A DNA stretch of 64,000 nucleotides. It comes from an uncultured Actinomycetes bacterium (GTDB taxonomy: Bacteria > Actinomycetota > Thermoleophilia > Gaiellales > JALYLC01). The position numbers and the translations under genes were made by a program. A model generated the notes under the pieces. It made no database searches, was not told the DNA's origin, and saw only the letters and a program-made list of their open reading frames with translations. Shown here one piece after another: positions 63,894 through 64,000 of the stretch; position 1 is the stretch's first letter; each line of letters begins with the position of its first letter. Where the stretch lies: assembly GCA_963834415.1 (NCBI GenBank), contig CAWIBP010000004.1:7077-71076 (forward strand), written 5' to 3'.

Positions 63894-64000
63894 ACGACCG
63901 GCGCCTGGGCGGTCGGCGCCTGAGCGGCGAGCTCCTCGGGCTTGCCGCCCTTGATCAGCACGATCGTCGCGACGAGCGCGAGGATGGCCATGCCACCGCC
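63890..64000 (-). CDS. C-terminal end of a membrane protein (MFS-like), truncated by the window edge
   Basis: GGMAILALVATIVLIKGGKPEELAAQAPTAQAPVV*: a final TM helix plus tail. Confidence 0.5.
   Translation of the reverse strand, partial: GGGMAILALVATIVLIKGGKPEELAAQAPTAQAPVV

Overview
Very GC-rich, gene-dense 64 kb bacterial chromosomal window. Gene content suggests an actinobacterium, probably Thermoleophilia/Gaiellales-like (inference). Support includes an actinobacterial LexA box, a Zur-like box, a DUF222-HNH gene and many apparently leaderless genes. Many genes carry 1-2 nt indels clustered in blocks (about 0-10.4, 18, 20.4-31.7 and 49.6-54.5 kb). These look like long-read consensus errors, so many CDS calls were reconstructed across frames and their ends are approximate. 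Content from left to right: TM0106-like nuclease/SF1 helicase, Mesh1-like HD hydrolase, hydantoinase A/B plus a small Cys-rich protein, REP-like palindromes, PAS-GGDEF, a secreted protein, DrrAB-type ABC, Fur/Zur with a metal ABC system whose permease appears fused to the SBP, an ankyrin protein behind a highly structured leader, inositol-type catabolic genes, a LysR-linked Mo-hydroxylase operon, an OmpA-like/metalloprotease gene with a small partner, sugar/amino-sugar genes (ROK, AKR, GH4, BadF, ABC, NagB), an S1 protease, an SOS-box DUF222-HNH gene, YCII-ECF sigma, a PhyH/GntR cluster, typA, a 165-bp MITE, an Mhq-like dioxygenase cluster and a non-pyrrolysine MttB with IclR. The best candidate for an undescribed system is the ~125-nt multi-stem leader (19471-19594). 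It has a possible loop-loop contact and an anti-SD loop, and lies upstream of an ankyrin protein with a duplicated 'ARE[YH]GFxSW' N-terminal domain. No rRNA, tRNA or CRISPR array was recognised.
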